DNA of 64,000 nucleotides. It comes from Lepidodermella squamata. Its lineage: Eukaryota; Animalia; Gastrotricha. The DNA lies in the NCBI GenBank assembly GCA_047495785.1, contig JBLDXI010000021.1:2604001-2668000 (forward strand), in the 5' to 3' direction. Made by a program: the position numbers and the translations under genes. Numbering within the stretch: the first letter of the stretch is position 1; every line of letters begins with the position of its first letter. Under the pieces are notes generated by a model. That model had not been told where the DNA came from. It saw nothing but the letters and a program-made list of their open reading frames with translations, and did no database searches. Below are positions 33,120-47,181 of the stretch, piece by piece.

Positions 33120-33585
33120 TACCGTGCCAGACCAAAAAGTTCGTTATAAGAAAAGTTCCTTAAAGCAAAGGCTGAAATTCGGAAATTTTCAGCACTTAAA
33201 TCCGATTCACCGAATTCCGAAGAGCCGATGACTCTTCATAGAATGAGTAGGTAGACGTATCCGGTTTCTCAACCTCTAGTCTTTGCTTTTAGCAGGCATT
33301 GAAACAAAACATTGATTTTTTAGGAGAAAACTTTCTTTTTTCTATGAAAGCCCCACGTGTGACAGGCGCCAAGGTACCTAGTTCGTTATAGCTAATGTGT
33401 ATAACGGGCGTTTTGCCGCCGCGGCGCCAGCTCATAACGTTCGTTATAGACAAAAATTCGCTATAAAATGCTCGCTATAGCTAATGTTGTTTACATGAAA
33501 AAGTGCCTATTTTGGAACGAAACAACCAAAATCGTTCGTTATAACAAAAGTTCGCTATAACACCGGTTCATTATATCAAGTCCGG
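33120..33585. mobile_element. pogo/Tigger-like transposon end remnant
   Basis: Clustered GTTCGTTATA(G/A) subterminal repeats typical of pogo/Tigger ends. Confidence 0.4.
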
Positions 33586-33644
33586 CGCCCATATGCCTTT
33601 CGCGCATTTATCAGCGTCCTTTTGTCTTCTTCCTTCTTTCCTAT

Positions 33645-33692
33645 CTTTCGCTCTCTCAGCTGGTCGACATAGGCCCGATTTTGCATTTGCCT
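33645..33692 (+). repeat. Short interspersed repeat (copies also at ~7323-7371 and ~38225-38275)
   Basis: Shared CT-rich-GCTGG...ATAGGCCCGATTTTGCATTTGC in three places. Confidence 0.6.
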
Positions 33693-36600
33693 CTGCAAGT
33701 TAGATAGAATCCAAATAAATAAAAAGTTGCATCTGATCACATGATATCAGCATTATAACGCCTCATCTTTTTCATTTACAGAGCAGGAAGCAACAACAAG
33801 CAGATATTTGCACAGCAGTAATATGCACCCCACATTTTCTGTCACCAACTCGTATCGAGTTGCGCCATAAACAAAACGAATTAATGAGTACTTTTCTTCG
33901 CCATTTCTTCGTAAATGGATTCTAAGCTCATGATACCTATTATTAAGTAATTTGTTCATTTATATGAATAGATACCTTTGAGCTCTGAGCATATGCAGTT
34001 AATTTTTAAATACCTGCCATATAGAACCAACTGTATATAATAATTTTTTTACTGGTACTTTTTTCTTTGCAAATTGACGCGGAGAAAATGTTGCCCTATG
34101 CCCTATCTGGCCTTGATTTAAACCTACTTAAAGAATAAGTCTTGAACCGTAGACTCATGCTGCAATTCTCAACCAAAACTGGATGACATAACGGACGAGG
34201 CGACGAGTGATTTTGATAACAGCAGGAATTGACCTGCTTATTCTTCCTCTTCACTCTCTGTTCTTCCTCTCCTTTCTCTATCTTCATATCCTTCTACTCT
34301 TCCACTCGTCCTCCATTCTATTTCCAAAAGAGTTGAGATTGGAAGAAAGAGTAGGAAGAAGGGAAGAATAAGAAAGGGAAGAGGAAGACTGCTTTTGATC
34401 ATCAAATTGTTGCTCAGCTAGGGCTTATTAAGAATTCTAAGTGCGTAAACCCCCTGTTTCAACCTCCATAAGTATTACTTCGAAGTATTGCTATGTAGGC
34501 CGCCTTCCGATGGGGGAAACCTTTCAAACAATAAGTGCATTCTAAATGGGATGCGCCGTTTCAACAAGTAAATAATACCGATCGCCGGAAAAAAATTCGA
34601 CAACATGCCGTTCCGCATGTTAATCTTTACTATATCCCTTCGCATCTTTACATATTATTTACCCTGCAAGACCTTTTCCGCTCACCGCGCACGTGCAGCT
34701 ACCCCATCCCTCTTTAAATATCGATTTGATATGATTGGTTCAGAAATCAGGTAAAGGTAAATAAGTATCATTTTCTCAATTAATACATTTTTTGCTGAAC
34801 AAGTTACGCGGACCATGAGCGATTTTTAACCGACAAATTGCTCAGCTATATATGCGGTCCTGTACATATGCTATACCTGTTGGAAGCTTGGGCTTAGGTG
34901 CGTAATGAAAATAAATCGAATAACGTTTAGATCTTAAAAAAGTAAAGTTAATTTACATCGAGCCACTATCTGCGAAAAACGCATGGAAATTGGTTGAGAA
35001 CTTGTTCTTCATTACACACATTTCCTAAAAAAACTAACAGAACTAACTGATAGGTATGTACAATCAAACTTATAACATGGCGAGACTTGATTGTTGGCTT
35101 TTTGATAAAGTGTGCGCAAAGATTTTTTTGCCTCGCTTTTTTTGAATAACTTTTCAACCGTAAGTGATGCGAAGACGCGGGTTTGAGCAAATTAAAGACC
35201 AGGCGTGGTCTGATTATTCCTTAAGAGCTTGTTTCAAAAAGATGTACCTCGAAAAGTTGTGCGAGAAATGCGTTTCGCCATTTTTCATACTTTTTCATTT
35301 TTGAAAAATGAAAGTTTTGCATCCGATGTGGCCTGAGTTGATTGTATCTCTCGCCAGAGGCTTCAGATTTTGTTGGCATATGGTCTGTGATGGATCCAAG
35401 TCACCGATGCCCGAAGCAAACATTGCACGACTCTCCGAAACTCGAGGTTTCATTCAATTGGCACGGATCAATCAAAAATTCTGCAAAATCATTTCCGATC
35501 GCGGTTGGTGGATAAGACCTTTTCTGAGGGCGCTAATTCAAATTTCCCTGTTGACGGCGCGTTATTGACCCAATTCCCAACTAAGAAAATTTTCCAATAT
35601 AAAGCTGTTTCACAGGAGGATGCCATTCAACCTCAAATCCTGTAAAATGTCATTTTTCAAAAATGAGAATGTTTGAAATAATCGCGAATTGCATTTTGGT
35701 CATCAATTTTCTCTCTCAAATCCCATTCTACCGAAAATTTGAGGGAAGATTATACTCCGCACTGGATCTATCGGCTGGCGAAAACCGCATTGAAAAATTC
35801 ATCATGGTTATGGAGTTATTCAAAAAAAGCGAGGCAAAAAAATGTTTGCACATACTTTATCTTGGTATCGCTCTACGGCCTACTGGCCCTGGAAACGCTC
35901 TACGGAATAGGAACTAAGCAAACTATTTTTACCCCGGCGAATCTCACGTTGCTAAGTCACAAAGCCAGTATAAAAAAGGCGGTTTTCGATACATTTTCGC
36001 CATTCGGTACTTAATTTTGACATTCGGTTTACAAGGTGCTCCATACCACTGGGCAGAATTTATATTTCTTGGTATCCCTAGATAGCTCAGGACATGCTGT
36101 AAAAGATGGAGCCCAAGCGAACGATTATTATCACTGTGAACCTCAAGTTGACAGGTCGCAGAAGTGGTAAGAATTGGGGTGCCGTAGTCGTTTTTTTGCC
36201 AAAAACGGGTGACATTTGTTCAAACAAGCTTCTCTAGTCCGTTTTCGGATTTTCGATTTATTGGTTAGAGATGCTCTACTGGATAACACCATTCCAGTAT
36301 TATTTTAACTTGCTAAATTTCAGTTTAAAACGCGACAAAATCGGCCAAAATAGCCCAAAACGAGACTTTGTAACCAATGATAGATGACATTCGGCCAACG
36401 CCAAGTCCCCAACCGCAAAGCGAAAGTTTAATTTCTCGGTGTCATCTGATAGCCAAGAGCAGTGCTCCGCAAACTTTTTTCACCGCCGGCATTTTTGGCG
36501 GCCGAAAAGCCATGGTTTCGGCCGCAGATACAATCTGACCATTCTCCGGCCGCATATAGTTCTATAATTTAGCAGTTGTTAGACAAAGACAGGTGTCATA

Positions 36601-37770
36601 CGGACAACTGTACGTTCCTATAACAGCCTGGCGGATTTTTTATTTTGTTGGGGTAGGTAAATAGCCTGGTAGATGCTCTATGAATCTGGAACCTCGCGCT
36701 ATGAAATAATTTAGCCACATCGCAAAAAATTCCACGCGAAAACGAGTCAAAATGGGCTTAATGATAGCTCAGAGAACAAAACTGAGGTGAGCCATAGCAC
36801 TGAATATTGGCTCTTGGCATGCCATTGTTTTTTAACTCGGAGGCACGTGCCAATAAATCTTTGACCTCTTCGATTCCGGAAATCCTTTCGTTGGGCTTGA
36901 GATCGGCTAATAAGGCGGTATTGGAAGTAGGCAGTCGAGGTTTGGACCATCGATCCTATAATCTATAATCTATAACCTGCCCTGTGAGGCCCATGTAAAT
37001 TAGGCATTTTCTACTTATAACAAGCGATGTGTTTAATTTTGGATCTCAGCGAGGTCTCGACTATTCAGTCGCGATGATATGCCCGATGGCCATTTTACAA
37101 GCCAACATGCCAACCCACAACTACTGCCCTTCAAAAAATGGATTCGCCCGCCTTGCGCCTTGATCGTAGAACTTATTCCTTCCACAGGAAATACTATCAC
37201 GACAAGGCCTTGTGGAAAATGTTGATTTTTGTTTGATGTCATCCTTAAATTTGAATCTCAAGCTTCCCGACCTTCCTGAAAGGTTCCACTGATTTCATCC
37301 GTAATATTTCATCCACTGACATCGCTTTTTCCAACCAGATTAAGTTTGATTCGAATTCAGCTTCACATGTTGATTACTTGGTGCAAATAATTTTCGATTT
37401 TAGTGCTGGGAGCCTAAAAACTCAGTTCTTTGGCCCGTGGCACCAATCGATTCCAAAACCAGAAATATGTTGAAGAACCCATGAGCTAGCGGAATCGGGA
37501 CTTCAAAATGACGTCCTTTGACGTAAAAAAGGGTTAAATACTGTTCGAAATCCTGACTTCGAACGGATTTTTCTATCTCAAAAATATTCCTAAACCAAAT
37601 AACCCTTTGCCGAATCAATATCGACTTCGTAATCACTAGATATCCACGGTCACCAAGTCATTCTTGAAGTTCCCTCATTTGCTAAAAATTCAGTGAAACT
37701 TGGTTCCGAGTGAGAACTGTTTTCGGATAATTAAAGTCACATTTTTGGATGTCTGATAGAAGAAGACATA

Positions 37771-37858
37771 CCGTAGTTACCGAAATACAAGCCTACCCTT
37801 TGTCGGCACTTTGATGTTCTTTGTAGTGCCGCCTAGGCTTGTATTTCGGTAACTACGG
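37771..37858. mobile_element. 88-bp hairpin MITE (TA-flanked, CCGTA termini)
   Basis: CCGTAGTTACCGAAATACAAGCCTA / TAGGCTTGTATTTCGGTAACTACGG perfect inverted repeat. Confidence 0.7.
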
Positions 37859-39246
37859 TATGTCTGATGAAAAAAGTCACACCCTCAGCGTCAAGCAAAG
37901 TCAGATTTTCCCTCAAAAGCTCGTTTTACAAAATAAACCAGCCAGTGAAATACATTTATTCTCAGTCAAACAGTTAATCAAGGGTCTTTGGGCAAAAGAT
38001 GCTCTGAGAAGTAACCAGCATCATCCACGAGCATCAAGCGATACTCCTTTTTTAGTCAGTTTTCACTCATAGTTTTTCGTTTCTATAGAAACACACAGAA
38101 ACACACGTGTGCGACACAAAAATCGCTGTGTCCGTAAAACAGCAAACAAAATATAAATAGCACCTTAATAATTTTCGAAATGAAATTTGTCGAAAGCTGA
38201 TTGGCTCGCTTCTTTCTTCTTTCCTCTCTTTCCCGTCTGTCTGCTGGTCGACATAGGCCCGATTTTGCATTTGCCTTTAAAAGTTTATGTATGGCTCGCT
38301 TCAGTGACTCAAAACACAAGAATTCGTCTATAAAAAAGGAAGAAAAGGCACAGCGCCGCGCGCAGAGGCCAGCCTAAGGAAGAAGAAGGAAGAATAGGAA
38401 GTATAGAAAGGAAATAATAGAAAGGAAGAAAAGGAAGATGAGAGAAGGAAGAGGACGATTGTCTTTCGATGCGTGCAAATGAGATGCACGCCGAGAAGAG
38501 GTACCAAGTTTATTTCGATTTGAAAAAAGCACAAGCTGCGGTGCATTTGGTGCTGCACACACCCTCTACATTACTTGACAGCATTGCTAGTTTTTGTACC
38601 TTTTCTTTGCTTGAGTACAAATAGCTTCCGTGTAATTTGATAACTTACCGGTTTATCGCAACAGATCCGTGCAAGATCGGCTCGGCGGATTTCAACTGTT
38701 CGTTCGCTAGATTTAATAATTTGGAAATTAAATTTATCATACTCATGTCGTTTTTTGAATAGATTGCGCAGTAGCAGATTGTGTTTCGCGTTCTTTGTGT
38801 ATCTTTGCAAATTCTAGGTTTAGGGTAGGACCAACATTTCCCAGCGTAGCTATCACTTCCCAATTTCCCCACACAAGTGAAATGGATTTCCAATCTATAT
38901 TTAAATTACTCTATCTACTACCTAATTAAATCTATATTTAATTTATGCCACTTGCTTTGGTGCTGCACGGGTCTTCTTTATTTACATTTGTTCGTGCGTT
39001 CAAGCAATGGCAAAATTCGTTTCTCTTTCCGTGAAAACGGCACCCTTCTCGATGATCGGCGCTTGTTGCCTTACGCTGTATTATAATCCTCGTAATTCTT
39101 ATGAATAACATATTTTAAAACTTTGATGCTTTTTAGAACACTTCATCCATCCGCCTGAATGTGGTTTTCAGTGCGATGTGTATACGTTGTAATATATCGC
39201 TCCGGTATCATGGAAATGAACTGAATTCAACAGTGCCAATCTCCTC

Positions 39247-42200
39247 ATGGCAATTATCATGACGAAATCTGTACGACCCAACTTACTAGTATTATTTGGC
39301 TGCATGTCCATTGGCATTCTGATGGATCTTGCCTTCGCAGACGTTTTCGGCGAGAGTAATTTCTGGACCAGCTGCTCTCGGCTGCCACGAGGTTGCAATT
39401 GCCAAGGACACAGCTATCCCTCAGACGGGGTACATTGACAAATTTGCTAAATATATTGATGTTGGGCCCCGAGCCCGATTTCGGCCCATACGCGTTCGGG
39501 CCGGCCCCCATGCGGTCCGGTAACAGTACTTTACCACTCCGCGCTCGAGCCGGTCTATAACGTGCCGGTATGCGACGTTCACTGCAAATTTAACGCATTT
39601 CATCGAATTCCGCTCCACTGCAGAGCACGGCGCAGAACAATTGGAACCAGTGCTGTTGTTAGTTGTCAGGCGCTCGCGCGCGCCGTACTCGGTCCGCCGG
39701 GTTTGGACCGGGACTTAATACAGTTATCGGGTAGGGCGTTGGTTGCAGGATGACCCAAGCCCGGCGACCCGATTCAAGGCCTGAGCCCGGCGCTGAACAA
39801 TAGCGCTGGTTCCCATTGTTCTCCGCGTGCTCTGGCCAACACTTTGGCCGGCCCGTGTGCGGTGAGGCGTGATTTTTCGAGTTTTTTAATTTACATTAAA
39901 CGTCCCATACGGGCATGTTTTAAAGCGTCCCGAGCGCGGATCGGCAAATCAATGTTACCCGTTTGCGTACGGGCAGAATTCGGACTCGGGCTCCAACATT
40001 GACAAATGGACAGTCGCCACTTGAATTAACCTGCTGTGTTATTTCGACAGATGAGCATTGTGTGCAGCGATGTCGAGCTACTAGAATTTGGCGGTTTCCC
40101 ATCTTTTATACCGGATAAAACGATTTCCCTATCATTTTTGAACGTTACTTTCGGGCCGATTTCTTTGGGAAATTTCCAGCAACAAAGCTACGATGCTGAT
40201 TTTAGGTTAAAAATCTTTTGAAAACATTCATTTGTGCTAAAACGAAAAATTTGAAACATCAGGTATGGATCAACTGCTGGCTACATTATTTCAGCGAGGA
40301 ACGTTGCCGATAAATCTTTTCACTCATTGAAAGCGTTAACATTCGATAGAACAGGTTATTGTCAATATTCGATCAATCGCGCATTATCTGCTGTCATGGC
40401 TTCAGAAAATCTCGCCTTTTTACGGTCATTTCCAATTTATATTACGTTTAAACTGTTTTCCCCTAAACTGACGTAAAGTAGAAAGTAGAAAGCAAGAATC
40501 GTCACTATGCCAACAAGACAGATAATGCGCGGAAATCTATACAGGATGGCCGAAAAATTCCGCAGAAGGCGAATTCGATGCGCATCTATTTAATAAGAAG
40601 TTTTAAGTGAATGAATTTCAAGCATTCTTTATTTGCCAATGGAACTCCTCCATTTCTTGAAACTCCTAATTGAAATGATGTGCATCGAATTCGCCTTCTG
40701 CGGAATTTTTCGGCCACCCTGTAGAGCACAACCAAACACTATTTTTTTAATTCCAGACTTGAAGCGGCTTGATCCAAACGTTTTCAGATCTCTCAACTTG
40801 ACAAGCCTATATTTGACTTACAATCCACTGCTAAGGTAAGGCGAGCTCGTCATGATGGCGATTTTTAGTAGATAGGTATAAACATTCAATTACCTAGTGA
40901 GCCCCCTACCTACTAAGGCATTTGGCTTTGAAAGCCGCGAAAATCGGATCAAACAATGCGGTCCCTTTAGAGTTTCACTGCAATTGAAAAATCACAGTAT
41001 AGCCTAATGAGTCTTCAGGTATATTTTCGGGTACCGTACTGCCCGAATTTTTTGGTATGTCCTCTATTTTTCGTCTTATATGAGAGACCGCCCTTTATTT
41101 GAGGCCTGACCTTTATTGTTTCGAACCCTTCTCGACTATTCACATATCGTCATACAACGCCTCCAGTCGCTCGGAATCGGCCTCTAAATGGATCGGCATA
41201 TGCGCGGTTTTTTAACCCGAGGGGAAGGCGATGATGATAATGATCGTAGTAGAATTTAAATTCCATTCAGCCATTTCGCAATTTATCAATAAATCACGAA
41301 ATGATGATACACGGGTACCAGACCCAACCATTATTTGAGGCCTGACCGTTATTATTTCGAATGACCTTTGGACCCGTCTTATACTTGAGGCCGACCTGTA
41401 TTCGAGACCGACTAACTTTTCGGGCAGTACGGTATATAGGTAAGTGATGCTTTTGTTTTACTGCACAATCCGGGGAATGTTATTTACAAATGCACAACTA
41501 ACCCGAATATTATAAGGCCTTTAGCCAAATTAGACAGGCATTGGAAATTTGACCTTATTGCTATTCTGTTATCTTAGGACGCTCGATGACGAATTCGCTG
41601 ATATTCTTGCGTGTAAACTTCGATTCTGGTCTTTACAGGTAAATACGGATAGGGTGGCCTAAGTTGTGTAGTCTGAAAATGTGTTTGTGTAACCTCTCAA
41701 AATGGACAAGTGTCATCTAGAACGTGTGTGCGCGCCACCTTAATCTTCGAAGTGTAAACAAAACCAAGAAATCGCCACCTAATCTTGAATTATGTCAACA
41801 AAACCTTGAAAACGCAGCGCTGAACTTGAAAGCGCCTCTAAAGACTGTAAATCGTAACCCGCGCCCATGAAATTGTCAACTTTTTCAGAGAAATTGTAAA
41901 CTAAACCCTAGCCAACAGAAACTAATGGAAAAAAGGCAAAAAGACAAGGGGGTTCGGATGAGTCATAGGTAGATAGCGCCTAGTTTGGCCGGGCCGGGCC
42001 GGGTACGGTGACCACGGGCCGGGTCTGCTTGTTGGACTCCTTTGAAGGGCCTGGCCGGGTTAAAAAATCTCGGAGCGAGCGCGTTCGAGCGGGGTAGCGG
42101 GGATTTACCACTCCTCAGGCCGCTCTAAAACATGCCCGCACGCGACGCTTGCAGGAAAAATGACGAATTCGAACTGGTCTCGCCTTATTGAACGTTGGCC

Positions 42201-44152
42201 GGCAGATGTGTTTTCATCACCGTATTTTCATCATCGTCTCACGGATAGGGGAAAATTCTGTCTAATAACGGCTTGGGCTAGCATGTCAATAAAAAAATTC
42301 TATCCTTTTTCAGGAATATTAGTAAAATTTTTGAGATCTTTTTCTCCTTGTCCTAAATGATTTTACGTCATTGGGTTAGCAATTAAGTGATTCTCCCAGG
42401 GTATTAATAAAGCAGAAAAAGAGATCAAGGAAGCTAGTTTTCTCTTCCGCGAACGTCACCAGCTGCGCGCTGGTGTGTTGTTTGTACACAATAATGATCG
42501 CTGGGAGTGGACACCCACATTTCAAAACCATGTGTGCGAGTGTGGATTAGCGCTCGTTGGACGGATGTCTGCAGGATTGAGGACTATTGTAAGCCGGACA
42601 GGATTAACGATTATTGCCCACCTAAAGGTTTTTGTGTCATCAGCTCATTTTGAAGCGAATATTGAACCAGAAAAATACGAAACCTTTTTAGCCAGGATGG
42701 CCTATCAAAAATCAAAAATCAAAATAAGTCAAGAATAGTATTTCTATTACTATCATTGTCGGCCTGGTGGATTTTTATGGTTCCTGTCACTTTTTTGAGG
42801 TCATTGTTCGATGATGAGAGACGTAGCAAGCGAATTCAGCCCTATCTGTCTTCACAGTCATTTGAAAAAACAACAGCTGACGCAAGGTCATTATTGCAAA
42901 ACACCCGATTTTCAAATGAATGTGAAGCGGGGTTGTCCTTGGATCGCGTTTGGTCCGGGTCGGTTCGGGTACAATCGGGTCCGACATCTTAGACCTGAAG
43001 ACAACAGACAGAGATGGGGCCGATATCACTTACTATGTCTCTAAACATCGACCAATAAATGCCAAATTGAGTGAACAAAGCCGCAGTACAGTACCTCAAG
43101 CTGCAGGTTTTCCTCATTTTTGTTACACGATCCTGAAAATTCACAGCCAGAAAGCGCAGAAAAAAATGCAAACAATTTACCAGAAAAAGTCATATGACAG
43201 CCTCAGGCCTCAGGCCAGCTGTTTTTAGCTTTCGGTGCGACATAGGCTCTCAACAAATGCAGCGGGCTATTTAAATGGGCATGGACTCAAAGAAATAGGG
43301 CTATCGCGCGAATTATTGATTTAGGACCCCATTTTAACGCACCTGACTACAGTTTCACTTTTGTGGTTACAATTCGCAGGTTTTGTTTACATAGTGCGCG
43401 CACAGGTGACACTTTACATTTTGGCTACGATTTACAGGATTAAGACTACGCAATTTATTTTAGCGATACGGATATTCGGTGTAAAAGCCGCTTTCTTCAT
43501 GTACTAATTTTCTCTCATCCTGTCAGACGAATTCCTTTTCATGCAACGCCAATTCATCATGGCTTTTCCATATTTTGAATACCACAGCGCGACGTGGTCA
43601 AGGGCGAAGCAAAATGCGTGGTGATGTAAGTTTTTTCAAATTTATATACCTATGATAGCATTATATATTTTTCCACTCTGTTCAAAGCCCTTCGCTGTGA
43701 AATGTATTGATCCACCATATGCGGAGAACAAGCCTCTGCTAAATGTTTTTGACAAATCGGTAGCAAAGTCAAAAGTCAGCTGCTCGGTTTCCTTAGACGA
43801 AGTCCGAAGTAACAGCGGTGATCAGGATGCGTCATTCTTTTTCTTTAGTGGGAATAGTACCACAGAAGACGAAAACACGATGCAAACAATACTCCCACTT
43901 GTGCTTGGATATGACGTAACCGAATACGTTCAGCAGAACTCGCCAGCACTGCATTTACTACGCGAAGCTCATTTACCACCGATTCTGCCTAGTTCGGTAT
44001 TTACCTGCTACTTATGGATGATCCTCTCTCTTTTCGCTACGCTGATTGTACTGTTTATCAGCATAACAGGTTCGTGTCATTACTGTTCGAAAAATGACAC
44101 GAATCCGCAAAAGCAGAATGGTTATTTTAGCGATATTCTCTTCAACCTCTGA
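39247..44152 (+). CDS. Leucine-rich-repeat transmembrane protein (exon structure approximate)
   Basis: Signal peptide plus LRRNT (CSRLPRGCNC...IVCS...FPSFIPDKTISLSF), LRR exon LKRLDPNVFRSLNLTSLYLTYNPL (~40757), LRRCT NSFSCNANSSWLF...VKCIDPP, TM YLWMILSLFATLIVLFISI. Confidence 0.6.
40542..40721. mobile_element. Tc1/mariner-type MITE
   Basis: TA|CAGGATGGCCGAAAAATTCCGCAGAAGGCGAATTCG ... CGAATTCGCCTTCTGCGGAATTTTTCGGCCACCCTG|TA. Confidence 0.85.
41034..41432. mobile_element. pogo/Tigger-type MITE
   Basis: TA|CCGTACTGCCCGAA ... TTCGGGCAGTACGG|TA with internal TTTGAGGCCTGACC repeats. Confidence 0.8.
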
Positions 44153-45607
44153 TATCTATATTTCCATATATCTTCATCTCACGCCTTGATAAAGTGGGGT
44201 GACCAATTGACCATAATGTGAGACTGTGACGTATGATATCATGGCCGATATTAATAAAAGCTTGTGGCTGCTTGTAGATGCCGTTGGAGTGCAAAATATG
44301 TGCGTAATTTTTGTGTTTTCTTCAATAATTGAGTGCAAGGATTGTTGGCGTATTGTTATGGTGCGTTCACAAACTAACTTCAGAGAGGGTGTCTTGACCG
44401 AACTTGAAACTTCGGAACACTCAAGCGAAACTTCGGTGGCGTTATCAGTGGCAATCAGTGGCAATCAGTGGCAAAGTTTCTATGGGTTAGGGTTAGGTTT
44501 TATGGCGAATGACAGGAGGCGTATGTTGGAAACTAAGTTAAATATTCGTCAAGTTTTACTAAGTTAGGCTAAACCTTAAACCGAGATTCATCTAAAGATC
44601 CCAGTCATTTCGAGACACTTTTCTATTAATTTATAAAATTTGACTAAAAAACGCCGATGAAGTCCCTTTTTGATTGATTTAGAATGTGTCATCTGGAACA
44701 AACTATTTGCGATTTAGGCTCGCAACTTTTCTGCGTAAAAAATATCTCGATGAAAATATCTCTAGATATATAAAAAGTGGTCAGGATTCACTGCACATCT
44801 ATGGGCTTCTTTATAGCTGTTTAACTCATTGACTGCCAAGGCCCCGATGTATCGGTTTTTCCTAGGAGAAACACTAATATCTCCACTAATATTTGAAATG
44901 TTCTGCGGTTCACTGTGTGAACAAAGGGCGCGGTGCGTGCGGGTAACAATGTAAACAGCAATAATAACCACGCATCGCGCGCTACCGCGCTGCAGTCCTG
45001 TGTCACGTGCCGGCTGTTTGCTTTGTTCGATTATTAGAGCGATCGATCAGAGGGGAACGAATAACGAATTCGAATTAATGCGCCTTTTATGATGAGAATG
45101 GTGCCATAAACTTCAACAAATGCCGCGAGTATCATGAAATTCGAGCCAGTGACATATTTGGCTGGTTTTATATGAAATTTAGCTATCACTGTGATATCTC
45201 ACCCTGCGCGCTTTATTTTCACCCTGAATAGCAGGCATGGCTATCGCCCAGTCATCGTGAAATCGCACCAAGGGCCACCCATGCATGACAGACGCGTGAA
45301 GAAATTCGGCTCCAAGGCGCAATTTAGAGCGGCCGATGACGATTTTGTTGTCAAGCTGAGCATCTGCTGCTTGGAGGCATTCCTTCAAGGCAACGAGCCC
45401 CAGCCAATAGGAGCGCGCGCGGAGAAAATACTGGCGGGACGGAAAATGTGCGATTTTCTTTCATTTTGAGTACATTGTATGTCTAGCCTTCAGCAAATTT
45501 CACCTGTCTTCGAAGGTATTCCCGGCGCGAGTTATGTTCAAAGCTAGATTAGCCACGATGTACTCTGCACGCTGCCAAGCGAGTTGCCAAGAAGGTTTTT
45601 GATGTTA

Positions 45608-46028
45608 CCCAGTCCGGCACGAGCACTTTTGGCTCATTCGAACAACTCCGAACAATACGAGTTGACCCCCTTGTTCGCCCGTTTGAATTTTTTTTAGATT
45701 TCATCTGTTCAAGTGAAGATTTCCGATAAAAAATGTCATTGAAATCGCTAAATTGGGATTCTCGCATCACGAAACCCCTAACCCGCCAGGGATTACAGCG
45801 TACCTGGCAGGTACAACTGGAGCCCAAACCTGCCAGGTACGCGTCCCCGGTACTACCCTCCACGTCCCTTGCGTCCCTGGCACTACTTTCAGCGCTGCCG
45901 TTTTTAGCGTTTCCCAGCCGAACAACTCCGAACAAATCCTAAAGTGCTCAAAAAGAGGCGAACAAAGGGGTCAAATCGAATTGTTCGGAGTTGTTCGAAT
46001 GAGCCAAAAGTGCTCGTGCCGGACTGGG
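45608..46028. mobile_element. MITE with ~70-bp TIRs beginning CCCAG
   Basis: CCCAGTCCGGCACGAGCACTTTTGGCTCATTCGAACAACTCCGAACAA mirrored at the right end; TSD unclear. Confidence 0.8.
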
Positions 46029-47139
46029 AAGTGTGGCCTTTGCCAGATTCAAGTTCATCCTTGAAATTATCCGCACCCTAGTAGATATACCCGAAAGCAA
46101 TTTATTCTTACTTATCTGAACTTGGCAATCATCGAGGATTGATATTCGCGCTTCGAAAATTAGAATTTTTCTCTAAAGCTTTCTGATCTACTAGCTCCTA
46201 GAATTTGGATTGCCCCTAATTGATAGTATTTGTTTCTATAGAAGCTGGCAACTCGAGCTACTATAATTTCAACCTTGAAATATGAGCTATTCTTGAACCT
46301 TGACCTTGGATAAATCGTTCACAAAGTCGGGCTTTGGATCAGTATGTATGTGTTTTTTACGTCAATGGCCGCCATTTCAATTACTGAAGTCATACTGAAG
46401 TCGATTAGAGCTTCGAATCAAATTAACGGAATTTCCTCGGCTTAGCTATGCGGTAAAAACGCTCGAAAACAGTCTGAATTCAGGCTCCTGGTTCCTTGTC
46501 AGAATTAACATTTTCGAGAATGGGATGAAATGACTTTATGAAGGCCTTCTTTTGTCAGAAGTCTTCAGAAGTCAGAAATAACTAAGCTTAGGAATGGTCG
46601 ATTAGAATGGGCTTCCTCTATTGGAACAGCTACGGTATTTGGTATTCGCGCATATTTTTCCAATATTTTTTTTAATTCAGGCCACTATTTGAACTAAACC
46701 AGCGTAAAGCTTCTCTACTTCTTATTCGAAACAAAGAAAAAACACAGCCACGGTTGAGATAAAATTGAATATTGTATGGGAATTGTATGGTAAATTCCCA
46801 AGGCTAGGGCTATATTCCTGCACTGTATTCCTCAACAAATGGAATTTCAGGTCTTCAATCGAATCACTGGATTTTTCATTATCACGCCTATCTGAGAGAT
46901 CTCCATATTACAAGGTATTTAGCGCTATAAGCGGTCAGTATATCGATTCCACAAATCAGTGATTTTCCCTTGGGAATATTCCAGATATCATCTGTCTTGA
47001 AACCCAACAAATAATCTTCCACATAAAACCCAAGGTCCAAGGCATCATGTGGCTAAAACATAATACTCCCAGGTTCAGGGTAGGCAGCAATATCAAAAAC
47101 AAAAACCGCTAAATCGCGAGAAATCTGAACAATTCGGAT

Positions 47140-47181
47140 GGGTTAGGGTTAGGGTTAGGGTTAGGGTTAGGGTTAGGGTTA
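47140..47181 (+). repeat. Telomeric tract (GGGTTA)7
   Basis: Directly visible. Confidence 0.98.

Noticed and set aside
34800-37700. Short ORFs and weak inverted similarity (YSKKARQKN twice)
   Set aside because: Probably decayed repeat DNA; I could not define boundaries or a family.
44484-44497. Short telomere-like seeds here and at ~2122-2134
   Set aside because: Only ~2 units and not followed by any element end.
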